Shown here one piece after another: positions 36,101 through 48,100 of a DNA stretch of 64,000 bases. Position 1 is the stretch's first letter, and each line of letters begins with the position of its first letter. This DNA is from Diadema antillarum. Taxonomy: Eukaryota. A model generated the notes under the pieces. That model saw only the letters and a program-made list of their open reading frames with translations, made no database searches and was not told the origin of the DNA. The stretch lies in contig NW_027271764.1 in the NCBI RefSeq assembly GCF_040938485.1, positions 124,001-188,000 on the forward strand, in the 5' to 3' direction. A program made the translations under genes and the position numbers.

Positions 36101-37119
36101 TATCTGCGTGACATTGCCTACTGTTTTAAATATACAAAAGTATTTCAGCAGCGTCTTCGAACGACTGCGTCAAAAGTGCGTCATTATTAATTTCAATCAA
36201 GGGGCACGACAGCCAGTTTACATCTTAATGTCCGCATGATATGTGTCCATATGAAAACTGGACACCATGCTGTATACTAGTATTCAATCCGCCGTTGTGT
36301 CGTGAGACATAGTATGTGCATACCCAAGATGTGGACATTAAACTTAATGGTTAAATTTAGGCTTGTCAACAAGCCTAAAGTGGCTTGTTAACAAAATTAA
36401 GATTGATTCGATCTATTCCTGAGTTACTTCAAAGTAGTCCCTACCTGATCAAATGATCAAAAAAGTATGTCTTTTCTTCCAAATTCGTTGAATAGACTTT
36501 GATACACTATCTCCCGCACTGAGAAACAGCGACAGTTCCGATTATAACAAACTGACAAAATAAACCTAGTCTTTTTTTTCTAAGGAGTAGTACAGTATTA
36601 TGAATAACGTTTATGATTTATAGCCCTCTAGCCTTATGTTGATATACCATGCAGTAAACTAATCATTGTTTGAAGTTTCTAAAATGGTTGAAAATTCATT
36701 ATTTGAAGGAGATACCACATCCTAATGATCAAATTAGGTCTACGGATTTCTTTGGGTTTTGATTTTTCAATATGACCCAATTTGCTCGAATACCTCATGT
36801 CGGTAAAAAGATGAATTGTCTGATCCTATGAATAGCATTTGAAGAAACGTAAAAAAAAAAACACGGAAATATTGTTCCCAACATGGAAGATAAAAATGTT
36901 TATCGCAGTTTAGCAGATGTTATCAGGGGCAAGATGGCGATTATTGATTGGTTAAGAGCTGACGTCTTACGTATCATACGTATAGTTCTTGGCACAGGAT
37001 GTACATGCCAAACATGGCAGTCAAACTGGTCCAGGACTTACCTCTTTTTGGGGTGGTCCCGCCGCTAAAACAATTGACACGAAGCCAACCAAGACGGCTA
37101 GGAAAATCCAGGCCTTCAT
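29793..37119 (-). CDS. Uncharacterised secreted protein, ~246 aa, 3 coding exons
   Basis: Exons 37119-37042 (MKAWIFLAVLVGFVSIVLAAGPPQKE|gtaagt), 31204-30947 (86 codons), 30197-29793 (134 codons + TAA); all phase 0 with canonical splice sites and GC-rich coding-like codon use. Joining exon 1 to exon 2 across a 5.8-kb intron is an inference. Confidence 0.7.
30345..30610. mobile_element. CGGGT...ACCCG MITE family E
   Basis: Internal GAGTCATACAGCCCA/GAGTTCGAC repeats; flanks AATCAT/AATTAT. Confidence 0.65.
30947..31204 (-). CDS. Secreted protein exon 2
   Basis: catcag|DEVTEHHGPSK...KELVRQ|gtacgt, 258 nt. Confidence 0.85.
31321..31462. mobile_element. Palindromic TTTCGT(T)AACGAAA-repeat MITE
   Basis: GGCGCCAAGTGTCGC...GAGACACTTGAG termini; internal repeats of ATTTCGT(T)ACGAAAT. 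Confidence 0.6.
31976..32536. mobile_element. TTAA MITE family D with ~200-bp TIRs
   Basis: GGGAAGGCAAACCCAAAGAGCAATGTGGATTGAGTGAAAGCAG... and reverse complement at right end. Confidence 0.8.
33085..33172. repeat. (TG)n microsatellite
   Basis: Direct reading. Confidence 0.95.
33176..33583. mobile_element. MITE family E, long copy
   Basis: Same internal repeats; flanked by TGTTT on both sides. Confidence 0.7.
33833..34030 (-). mobile_element. Degenerate copy of the CORE-like SINE
   Basis: Shares TTTTATCCAGGGTA..GCCTCTT..AGTGT 3' end and AAACATCTTGTCC with 28463-28685. Confidence 0.55.
35134..35900 (-). mobile_element. CR1/L2-clade LINE fragment (RT thumb / C-terminal region, 215-aa open stretch)
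   Basis: NKLSLNINKTNYM, STKFLGIHIDSNLSWK, LPYLNYGILAWG, QKKALRII, HTYPTR; lies in intron 1 of the secreted-protein gene. Confidence 0.85.
37042..37119 (-). CDS. Secreted protein exon 1 (signal peptide); exon acceptor at 37140
   Basis: ttcctccag acceptor, aaagATG, hydrophobic core, gtaagt donor. Confidence 0.7.
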
Positions 37120-38059
37120 CTTTGTACCCTTAATCTAGATCTGGAGGAATAAGAACAGGAGTAGACTTTTCTGTAGAATCTCCAGCGATAGTCAAGGTCC
37201 TAGCGACGCAATGTGCCAGGCATCCAAGCTACTGCTCCTCACTCTTTGTGCCGAAAGAGAGTGTGGCTCAAGCAACCCAGATCCTTTGAGGACAAAGATC
37301 GACAAAAAACTCAAAGAAAAAAAAGAGAGAAAGCAACGAATGGAACCCTCAACGCGAGACGGTACCGAGATACACGAAAGAAAGGCGGTGATCGATTAGT
37401 ATCGATCGAAAGCCACATCACTATTCAGTGTCTACGGGCTGCACATAGCAAGTTTTAAGATACAGACAAATTGCCCTTCTTTCTGACAGTTGATGGTTTC
37501 CAAACTAATCATAACGGCATGTAGTAGCCATCATGTGCTATTTAAGTATTTAGATTATTGCTCGTGATACATTACAGCCATTTATGTCATCAAGGCTGAT
37601 GATCTACTGCTCAACAATTCCGCAAACTTATGAAATTATTGGTCAGCCTTTGGTTTTATTTCTTCGTTTTTGCTTAATGTTCATTCTGAAATTTTGGGGA
37701 AAATGAGACCCAATCAGTCATGTACCTACTTCTTTAAAGCAGTGGGCTGCAATTCAAAACCCCAATTTATGGAGACCATCCCATCGAGATGGTTTTGGTA
37801 TATGGTTGAAATTCCGTCGAAATTTAGGAGAAAGCATGGTATGGACAATGTTGGTTATAATAATAACCAAAGGAGATGGCAATTCAGGGGTAGAGAAAAC
37901 AATCGGCAGTAATCTGGCGGAACTTCGTATCCTCTTTTTCCCATTTCGCCAGAAATCGGCTTTTAAAGATTCAATGTTACACCTTTCTAAACTAAGTTAC
38001 GATGAGTTGCATTTTTTTTCTTTTCTTGGTCATATTGGTCTAAAACAATCAGTTATCAG

Positions 38060-38490
38060 CAAAAAGATGACATGGAGGAGGACTGATACAGAACAAAAAT
38101 TAACAAATCAACAAAGAAGAAGAAGACATGAAGAAGAAGAAGTGGAGGAGGAAAGAAGAGGAGGCGGAGGAGGATGAGAAGAAGAGAAAGAAGAAAATGA
38201 ATAGTAAAGGATTGAGGAGAAGAAGAAAAATAGTATTCAATACATGACAAAGAAGGTAATGGTAATGCAATAAAGAAAATTATAATGACAAAAAAGATGA
38301 CAAAGGAAATGAATAACAAAGAAAGGTAGAAAGCGAGATAGAAAGGGACAAAGGTAACGAAGAATAAGAATTTGGAAGGAATGGAATTATTCTTGACGAT
38401 ATAATGCGATGAGGTCTAGGATGATAATAAGCAATTAGAAAGAAAGAACAAAGATAGAAAGAAGGAAAGATGACCTAGGATAAGAAAGAT
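38060..38490. repeat. Purine-rich (GAA/GAG/AAAG) low-complexity tract
   Basis: Strong strand asymmetry of purines. Confidence 0.75.
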
Positions 38491-39094
38491 ATTCGGCAAA
38501 TTGAAGTTATATAGAATACCACTGTGACATGATCAGGAGAAGGGATTTGATCATTGAAATCTTCCTTGGATATCAGAACTAACCCATATTATTTTAGAAG
38601 AATTGCTACACTGGCCCTGGAGATGTGTTTGCACTGCACGAAACAATAAAAAAAGTTTAACAGATGATGTGATCCAGTCTCCCCCCCCCCCAAAAAAAAA
38701 AAAAGTACCCTCTCTACTGGACCTGCGAGATCTTAAGTACCCTCAAGCTCAAATCGATCACTCTATTCTGGTTCCCATGGTTGATCAAAATGTTAGGCCG
38801 GGTATTACGTAAGGACTGGACAAAGCCGTCGGGAATAGCGGTGAATCGAGGAAACGCCACTTACAATAGATAAGAAATTGCAGGAAGAATAAAAAGCAAG
38901 AGAGACAATACTGTCGGACAGTCGGAAGAGGGAACAGAGTCTGACGCTTGATGAAAATCAAAAGTGTCAGAAATTTTCAGGAGATTGTGTCACCATGGAG
39001 CAGCTCCATGGATGGTTTTACTTTACCTTTGCAGGTTATACTGCTATCGGCTTCACATAAATAGTATGCCACATTCCCGTTTCAGACGATTTAA

Positions 39095-39305
39095 CGGGGT
39101 CGTCACAAGACCAACACCCACGAGTCATACAGCCCATGAGTTCGACACTAGTATAAGTGAAAACAGCCCACGAGTTCGACAGATACAACACGGGGCTTAA
39201 TGCGTCGGTCTCGTGGGCCTTGGTTAGTTTTGTGTCGAACTCATGGACTGCATGACTCGTGAGCTGTATATGACTCGTGGGTGTCGGTCTCGTGACGTGC
39301 ACCCG
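39095..39305. mobile_element. MITE family E, short copy
   Basis: CGGGGTCGTCACAAGACC...GGTCTCGTGACGTGCACCCG; flanks ATTTAA/ATTTCA. Confidence 0.7.
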
Positions 39306-40089
39306 ATTTCACGAGTTCGATCGCAAACTTAGTATGCTACCATAGGGCCATTCTTAAACATTTTTAATTCCCATTTAAGTCCATCATCATGCAGATAGAG
39401 CAAAATAGACACCTTTCCATTGATACCTCACTTGTTACATAACAAGAAATGTTCTTGATGAATATCCCATATTTTCTTATTGTTTTATTTGTTTTTAGAA
39501 GCTTTAAATATTTCAACTTTACAAGAATGGCGTTAACTCGATTTGCCACCAAACTTTTTATACCAAGTTAGTCTTGGACAAGGCATCAGTTGTTACATTT
39601 TTTGAAGTTTCATTTGTTCTAACAAAATGATGATGTCAGTCACAATCGCATAATGAGATACACCTAAATAATTATTGTATGATTTTGAACGATGTAATGA
39701 CCTCTAAAGTTTCAAACTGAACTGCACGCAGTTTTCACTAAATGTGCTCCTCCTTTAAGTCGAAAACCAAAAAACAAACAAACAAACAAACAAACCACAC
39801 ATTATAATGATTATTACTTTCAAAGATTCAAATTGAGGTTTAGTTGTAGGGGCTATTCACTCAAGTTGTGTTTCAAGTTCATAATCATCACTAGTCATTG
39901 TTGATGTCACGTAGATACAGTCATGAAAATGCTTACATATTCACACATCAAGCACGCATAAATATAACAATGATTACACACAAAAGAATGCTCAGTACAT
40001 TAAAGACGTAGGGCCCTATGACAAATCCAGATTATAGACCCTGCTAGCAAGTTAATAAAAAAAAAGTTAAGAAATGAAAGGAGGTGTAG

Positions 40090-40426
40090 TGGCCGATGGT
40101 GTTGACAAAGAGCATGCAATAATATTCTGAGGGGTATCAAAAGTTAATTTGGTGAAAATCGGTTTGGAAATGGCTGAGATATCCAAAAACAAGGGGAAAC
40201 AAAGGAATCCTAATAAAAGGTGTGGCCTGTCGCCTTTTATTATTATCACTATGTTGGATATCTCAGCCATTTGAAAACCAGTTTTCATCAAATAAACGTT
40301 GAATCCTTTTTAAAATTACATGCTCTTTCATATTTCATAGGAGATTTCTCATTATCTCACCTAGGAATGTTCAAAACATGAATCCCCACCTCAACCAGGT
40401 CACGTACCGTAAACAGTCCCTTTAAA
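40090..40426. mobile_element. TTAA MITE family C copy
   Basis: Internal inverted core and CCCTTTAA end. Confidence 0.65.
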
Positions 40427-41063
40427 GGAACCACTGAACCGGGGGTTGGAGATACATCTGGTCTAGGCTGAACAAAAAAAAAAAAGATAATGATAATCGG
40501 GATCAATTTGTGATAGTGTACAGAAGAGAGTTTAGGATTTTAGATCGACTCCTATACCCTTATGGAGCAGGATTTTTTTCCCCGCGATGTCCCTTGATCT
40601 GTAGGCATATTATGTGTTCCTCGCAATGTCAGGATTCGAGTTCAAGTTCAACGTGACATTATGTCCTGCAATACCAAATCATATAGACTATACAAGTCAT
40701 ATAGACAATGACACTTATGTAGCCTACACTGAAGAAGGCGTGGTACCAAAGAATAGCAAAGTTTGTATTGAGTACTAGTACGCCTATAAAATATCATTGC
40801 GAGTATTACATTCGTTTATAGATAGACATCAAAAGATAATGATGAAAGCAGAGCAGCTCTGCACTGACGAAGCTAAATTAGCCAACTGAGAGCATTTCAA
40901 TATCACAGCAATCATCGTTTCTGTTTCTTCTTTTTTTCCCCGTCATCACAGCAGTCGGGCCTACTAACTTGATAAAGTGCCGTGAAAACATTCGAATAGT
41001 GAGAGGCATGTCACAAGTTGGACGTCCCACTGCCGTGAGGTCGAGTGCCAATGTAATTCAGCC

Positions 41064-41080
41064 TGCTGCCATCTAGTGGC
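41064..41080 (-). promoter_or_regulatory. CTCF-consensus motif upstream of USP20/33, with a CCAAT at 41048-41052
   Basis: Minus strand GCCACTAGATGGCAGCA matches the CTCF core consensus. Confidence 0.55.
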
Positions 41081-41084
41081 ATTT

Positions 41085-41161
41085 GTACGCACAGTTTCTT
41101 AAAGAAAAACCCACTCAGGTGAATCACAAATTTCGGGTGACGACGGAACGGAGAAAATCAG
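41085..41161 (+). other. Candidate non-coding first exon of USP20/33
   Basis: Donor CAG|gtataa after 41161 in a CpG-containing zone; exon 2 acceptor at 41991 lies upstream of the ATG; start coordinate is approximate. Confidence 0.45.
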
Positions 41162-42033
41162 GTATAAGATTCTTTACTGTCCAATATTTTTCCTCTATTT
41201 CCAGCAGAAGTGATATGTTTTGTATACTGATATTATCTGAGGGTGCACAGGGATACATTTATGTTTCATGCGCTTAGAATGTGTTGATCTTGTGCTAGGC
41301 CTTTTCTTTTACAAGGAAGGTTAGCAATAACTGACGGATAGCGCCTTCAACGACAGGAGAAACAGTCCCATTCGTAGAGACTCGCGTAGGATGGGAATGT
41401 CATGCATGTCTGTGATTTGATGCAATGCAATGATGAAATGCCGTTTTACATTTTCATTGATCATATAAGCGTGAAGTTTGGGCGTAAGTCATGACTGACA
41501 CGAAGATGGTAGCAAGTAATGAACGTGAATAGATGATGCTGAATGGATAGTATGTATTGTCTTGTCGGCATTTACAATCCTGGACCTTGTATTATTTGTA
41601 TTTAGTATTGTAATACTAGTAAATAAATTATGGTCCTATCCTCTTGATAGTTATGTATGATGAACTGTATATCTAATGTTAGTGTATGATTATGAGTATG
41701 AATGATAGGCAAATTATTTAATGCAGCAACCAAGAAATTTATCAATGTGTAACCTCCCTGCGATGGTTGAATTATTGAATAGGGGCCTACTGCTTTAAGT
41801 CTGTCACTGTGTCTTTTTTTTTTAACTCCCTACTCCCACCCAGTTTCTATACCCCCACCTCCTAGCTCCTCCAAAGAAAAGAGAAAAAATATATATGGAA
41901 AGGGTGGCATTGGTCAATAAAGCTGAATTACTTTTAAAATTGCCCCATCAAGAATTCATATGACTGTCCCGTTTCTGTTTCATTGGACAGTTTTGGTCAC
42001 AACAACGCAGCAAGGACACTGGATCTACCAAAA

Positions 42034-42114
42034 ATGAGTAAAGCCGGGAAACAGTGCCAGCACATAGCATGTGTTGAAAAATTCACAAAGGAGCAGTTGG
42101 AAGGCTTTACAAAG
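42034..42114 (+). CDS. USP20: USP20/33 first coding exon
   Basis: aaa[29 protein letters not shown]|gtgagg. Confidence 0.85.
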
Positions 42115-45100
42115 GTGAGGGCTGCAATGAGAAATGTACAGCAAACTCATGAAAAAGGGAGAACTTTTGCATTTGGGTAAATCACATGGCAGCTATGCCC
42201 ATCGAGACTCGTAATTTGCTGACAACCGTGCACAAAACTTGTCAGATATCTGTATAGACAGTTGGTGAACAAACAAAAAAATCACACTTTAACATTTTAT
42301 AAGATAAGGATAAAGGATTGACCTTCAAAATATAACTGCTTCATTCAAAGGGTTTGAAATGATTACTATCATATAGTATTAAAATGTACTCTTTCACTCC
42401 AATCCACATTTCAGGGTCACTGTTTTGACTGCAATGCAAAGGGTCCAAATCTATGGCTATGCTTAGAGGTAAGTACTCAACTAAATCTTTCCATTTGTAC
42501 TTGTGATTCAAAGTCATGCATAGCTGGCATTGTAGAAGTTAAAGGACAAGTCCACCTTCATATACATAAGGATTGAGAGAATGCAGCAATATTAGTAGAA
42601 CACATCAGTGAAAGTTTGAGGGAAATTGGACCATCCGTTCAAAAGTTATGAATATTTTAAGTATCTGCGCAGTCACTGCTGGAAGAGAAGACTACTATAG
42701 TGTATGATGTCACATGCGTACAACAATATAAGGAAAATAAAAGGAGAATTTCACAAAACTTTACTTTTTGAATAAAGTGCACATTTCTCCGACTTACTAC
42801 TGACGTATATTAAGGGTAATATTATTCCCCCTGCCTTCTGAAAGAGAGAAGTCAAGTGTTCTTTTGTTATGCGAGAAAAACGGAAATATGTTGAATTTTC
42901 TTTATTCTTTCTTTATATTGTTGTACTCATGTGACATCACAAGCTATAGTAGTCTTTTCATCCAGCCGTGACTGAGCAGAAACTTCAAAAATTCATAACT
43001 TTTGAACGGATTGTCCGATTTTGCTCAAACTCTCACTGATGTGTTCTACTAATATTGCTGCATTCACTCAACCCACATGTTAATGAAGGTGAACTTGTCC
43101 TTTAATAACATTGTGTGATAATTTGATCTCAGAACACACAACTAGCAAATATTAGCTGTAGAGTTCATAGGTCGCTCAGGGAGGTGATCCTCCTGGTTCA
43201 TTATACTTTTTGTTTGTGTATGTGTATGTTCACATACATGTATGTTTGAACTCGGTATCTAAGTAGGACTTTCACAAAAATCTGTCATTTACCATCCACA
43301 GTACTAATAGTAAAATTTTAAGATAAATGAGGTAAAATTGTCATACTTGTTATAATCATCATAGTTGACGTGCAGAAAACTAGGATTGTGTTTGTAAAGG
43401 CTCACTACTTTTTTGTCCCCGCCGAACGAGTTCGAGCAGGGGACTATGAAACGGGCTCCGTACGTGTGTGTGTCTGTGTGTCTGTCTGTCTGTCTGTGGG
43501 TCTGTCTGTGCGTCCGTTGTGTGATCAAAATCTTTTAATTTGCTACTTCTGTGTCATTTATGAGCAAATTTTGATTCTGTTTGCTTTATATGATAGCACT
43601 ACATGGGAGCTTTGAAACTTCTACACAGAATTTCAGTTGTGACCTTTGACCTTGACCTTTGACCTATATTGTACATTTTGCTACAAAATGCCACTCCTTC
43701 GCCATTTCTAACCCGATTTCGATTCCGTTTGCTTTATGTGATAGCACTAGGTGAGGGCTTCAAAATTATACACAGAATTTTGATCTTTGACCTTTGACCT
43801 TGATTTTTGACCCGTATTGTAGATTTTGCTACAAAATGCTACTCCTTCGCCATTTCTAACCCGATTTAGATTCTGTTTGCTTTATGTGATGGCACTGGGT
43901 GAGGGCTTCGAAACTTCTACACAGAATTTTGACCTTTGACCTTGATTTTTGACCTATATTGTACATTGGCTACAAAATGCTACTCCTTCGCCATTTCTAA
44001 CCCAATTTCGATTCCGTTTGCTTTATGTGATGGCTCTAGGTGAGAGCTTCAAAACTTCTACACAGAATTGTGACCTTTGACTTCTTTGATCTTTGACCTT
44101 GATTTTTGACTTGTATTGTACATTTTGCTACACGTACTCCTTCGCCATTTCTAACCCGATTTCGATTCCGTTTGCTTTATGTGATGGCACTAGGTGAGGG
44201 CTTCAAAACTTTTACACAGAATTTTGACCTTTGACTTCTTTGACCTTTGACCTTGATTTTTGACCTATATTGTACATTTTGCTACAAAATGCTACTTCCG
44301 GCGGGGACATGTATTACGCACCGCGTAATTTCTACTTTTCCTTGTTTCTTTAGCAATGTAAATGAATTTATTAAGAAGAAATAAGAATGTGTTGAATAAA
44401 ATTTGCCGCACACTCTAACAAGAATGACTCTTGTGTTTGTCCATACTACATCTAGGCTTTTAGTGTGAACCAGTAATAACTTTTTGTGTCTGATTTTGAA
44501 TAGCCCAGGTGATGTCATTGTAGCCCCTTTGACTAGTTTTTTTTACAACAGTGTATGTGTGTGTCTGTTCGTTGTTTTGTGTGTGTGTGTTTGGTGGGTT
44601 TATTTTTTTTTGCTGTTTTCTTTTTTGTTCAGTTGAGTTTTTTTGCTGCCCATGTGTGCAATTGTAGATTTGGATAATTTCCGATTTGCTGACAGTTAAG
44701 AAGTGTTTCTCTATTTCCTCGTCCAGTCTGGGTGTCGATATGTTGGATGTGGGGAGTCAGCCGCTGACCACAGCTCAGATCACTCTGTAGTAAGTTGGAA
44801 AACTGAACACAGTGAACTGTTCTTTATACAACCCCAGTTTAACTCAACCAGTATTTGGACGTAACATTGTATCAAAACTGTTTAACTGTAAGGAGTATAA
44901 TTCATTCCCAACAAAGTTTCCATTTATCAGAAAAGTGCAAAAGTTTATCTATTGCCTTTTGACATGATTAGAGCTGATATCAAAGCAAAAATTTTGAAGT
45001 ATGATCTGTTTGTGTTGTCATCTGCATTGAAAATAAAAGATACAGTTCTTTGCAAGGGATAAGTTTCCTTATTTGATACAAGTTCCTCAATTTTCAAAAT

Positions 45101-48100
45101 ACCACTCAAAATTTGTGTGTGTATGACTCTTGCATAAGTCAATCATGATCACTGATGTCTTGTAGATACAGTTATTCATAACAAGAATGTTGACATCAGG
45201 ATATGTTATGTTACTATTTATTTGTATTGATTCTGTTCAAAATCATATTTTGGCCCTACACATCCCAAAAGGAGGTGATTATATGCTTCATTAACCCTAT
45301 TTTTTTGCAGGGTAAGAATCATAACTTGACCATGAACCTGCAGACGCGTCGCACATGGTGTTACGCGTGCGAGCGAGAGGCGTTCCCCAACGTCCTTCTC
45401 CCCGATCGGGCCCAGATGGCGGTGCCCGATCACGTGACCAAGCGGCACATCAGCGTCCAGGAGACCGAGCGCGTGGCACAGCAACGACACCATCACCATC
45501 ACCAGCACCAGCATCAGCACCGCTATCACCATCATCATCACCAGCACGCCAGCCAGCGGGGGAAAGAGGATGAGGGTACAGGTGATGAGGAGGAGGCAAT
45601 GGAGCACTCTGGGGCAATGACAGGCCAGGAACACTACTCCCAGTGAGTATTGGGGGATAGGTACAAGTATAAGACACTTATTTGCCCAAGCAGGCCTTTT
45701 GCAATGGTTATGATGGGAGGGGAAAAATGAATAGAAATAGCCAGTGAGAAATTAGTACATGTAAGAATGACACCTTCAATGATTATGACCAAAAAAATCT
45801 TTTCTTGTACCACATATCTCCTTTTTAGTTTCTTTCTTTTTCCAGATATGGTTTGTTCAAGGTTAAGGTGTCACTGGATGAAGTGTTTATAATCTGTCCA
45901 AGAATTTTGATGGTGAATTTATCTGATGGCACTTGGCAGAACTTGTTTTTGAATTGAGTCAAAGCAGAACAATTACCTAAGAAAATGTTTTCATGCAGTT
46001 AAAGATATAGAGAGGAAAGGTCCACTTCTAAGTGGAAATGTGTTCCATATTTAACATGTCGTTGGTGATAAATAAAAAGCAAACAATGCAGTAGAATATC
46101 CAACGTGACAGTCACGAAATTCTAAAGTTTCACACATTTTCCCAGAAGAGTGTCTAAACAGCTTCTCCCAAGCAAAACTTTACTCCAGCTCCACAAGAAA
46201 ATGAAACATTTTTTTTCTTGTGTTGGATACATGTACCTTGGAATTCTTTCTTGTACAGTGCACTCCAGTTATAACTAACATGGTTATAACAAAATACCGG
46301 TTACAACGAAATAAAAATTCAGGCGGCAACATTATCCTCTCGTTGTCTTTTTTTGTTTATTTGTTCAAACAAAATTTCGATTTAACTAAAGAAAAGTGCC
46401 AGTCCAGAGGACTTCATTATAAAGGGAGTCCACTAAAGCAACACTCTCCCATGACTATATAGCCTCATACTACAGAATTGTTATGTCTCTGTCCCAAACT
46501 AGGATTCCAAGTTTCCGCACCGTCAACACTCCAGTCACCCAGGCTCTGGATGAGATCGCCCTAGATGACACCAAACCGAGAGGTAGGGCGTGATATCAAG
46601 TATTATATTCCACACACTAAGAATCTTGCTATAGGACTGGTCAAGAGCTGATCATGTGATGAAGCGTAGTTTTGCCCATCACATCACCTGAGAAGAAAAG
46701 TTTGTTACACTCTATGTTGATAGTCCCTTTTTTTTCGCTGATCTCCACACAGTCCACACAGTCCTAACGCAAGATGAGTGCGCGCGAAATAAAAGTGCGT
46801 TGCACTGTGGACTATCATGTGATCTAGGTCACTTGATAGTACACAGTGCAACGCACTTTCACTTCGGTGCCGCGCGGTGCGCGCAGCAAATTCATTGTTT
46901 TGTCATCTGCGCGCACACGTAGCCTAAGCCCTAAGGATACCTAAAGACAGCTAAAACGGTTTCAGATGTGGAATAAAATGGGAATTTCTAGGACCCTAGA
47001 TGTGGAATATAAAGCAAATAATCAACTTTCAGTTTCAGGCAATGAGACAAACTATCACTTCCTCGGGGATCTGAATGTGTACGCTATCTTTCCTCTGCTG
47101 CGCTTCGGAAAGATAGCTACATCCAGATCGCCTCGGAAGTGATAGTTTGTCCCATCACCTCCAATTTGCGAAAAGTTCATGCTGCGAAAAAAATGTTGCT
47201 TTACAGTACTTGAAGTGTAGTTGGCTTGTTTGTGCGCACTGAACTGTTAAATCATAAAGTTCCAGAGCAGGATATATAGTTACAGTAATGGCATGGTGGC
47301 AAACTAGCATAACGATAGTGGTGGTGGTACTTTCACTTGTGACACGATTTGTACTGATGCTAATAGATCTTACATGATTTTACATTATCATTATGCACAT
47401 GGCGTTATAGTGTATACAATGTACATTACCAAGCAAGGAAATATGTCAAATTTGATACATCTATTCAATTCTGCTTGATTTTGTTCCATAAGGACTAACT
47501 GGGCTTAGAAACTTGGGAAATACATGCTATCTGAACTCTGGTATCCAAGCTTTGTCTAACTGGTAAGTTGTTGTTATTTAATTTGCTTTCTTTATCCTTT
47601 TTTTAATGTCATGATAGTGTTTGTTGTTGCTGTTGTTGTTGTTGTTGTTTTAATGATTGTGTTACCCAGTTATATAACTGTGTATTCAGGGTGTGTTTGC
47701 ATTACTTCTGTTGAAGTTGATAACATTTACAAATCACTTTACCTGTATTGCATTTTTTGTTTGTTTAGAAAAAGAGCGGAAAGCAGAACTTACAAACAAC
47801 ACTAAGACAGATGTTAATACATGCTGAGAAATTCTTAGTCACTGAAATACTGACCCTACCTTTTAAGTCATGGAAATCATTAACACTGTGCAAAGAGTAA
47901 AAGTAGTTTAGATGATTCTTGGATATTAATTATGTAAAAAAATGTAATGTTGTCTTACTTGTGTAACAAAATGATCACCCAAACAAAAGTCATCATATTA
48001 GTTTTTCCCAGTCATGTGTGTGTGTGTGTGTGTGTGTGTGTATGAATGGTGCATGTATTATGATTTTTTTTCTTTTGTATTCTTTGTGCAAATTCCAAAT

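Noticed and set aside
37211-37458. Lys/Arg-rich plus-strand ORFs just upstream of the orphan gene
   Set aside because: Short, driven by A-rich low complexity, with no splice or homology support.
40862-40890. CTGACGA-A-GCTAA/TTAGC hammerhead-like start (and CTGAAGAAGG near 40730)
   Set aside because: No GAAA box after helix II; the core is incomplete.
43535-44300. Regular repeat array considered as CRISPR-like
   Set aside because: Units are contiguous tandem copies without unique spacers, inside a eukaryotic HINE; no cas genes.
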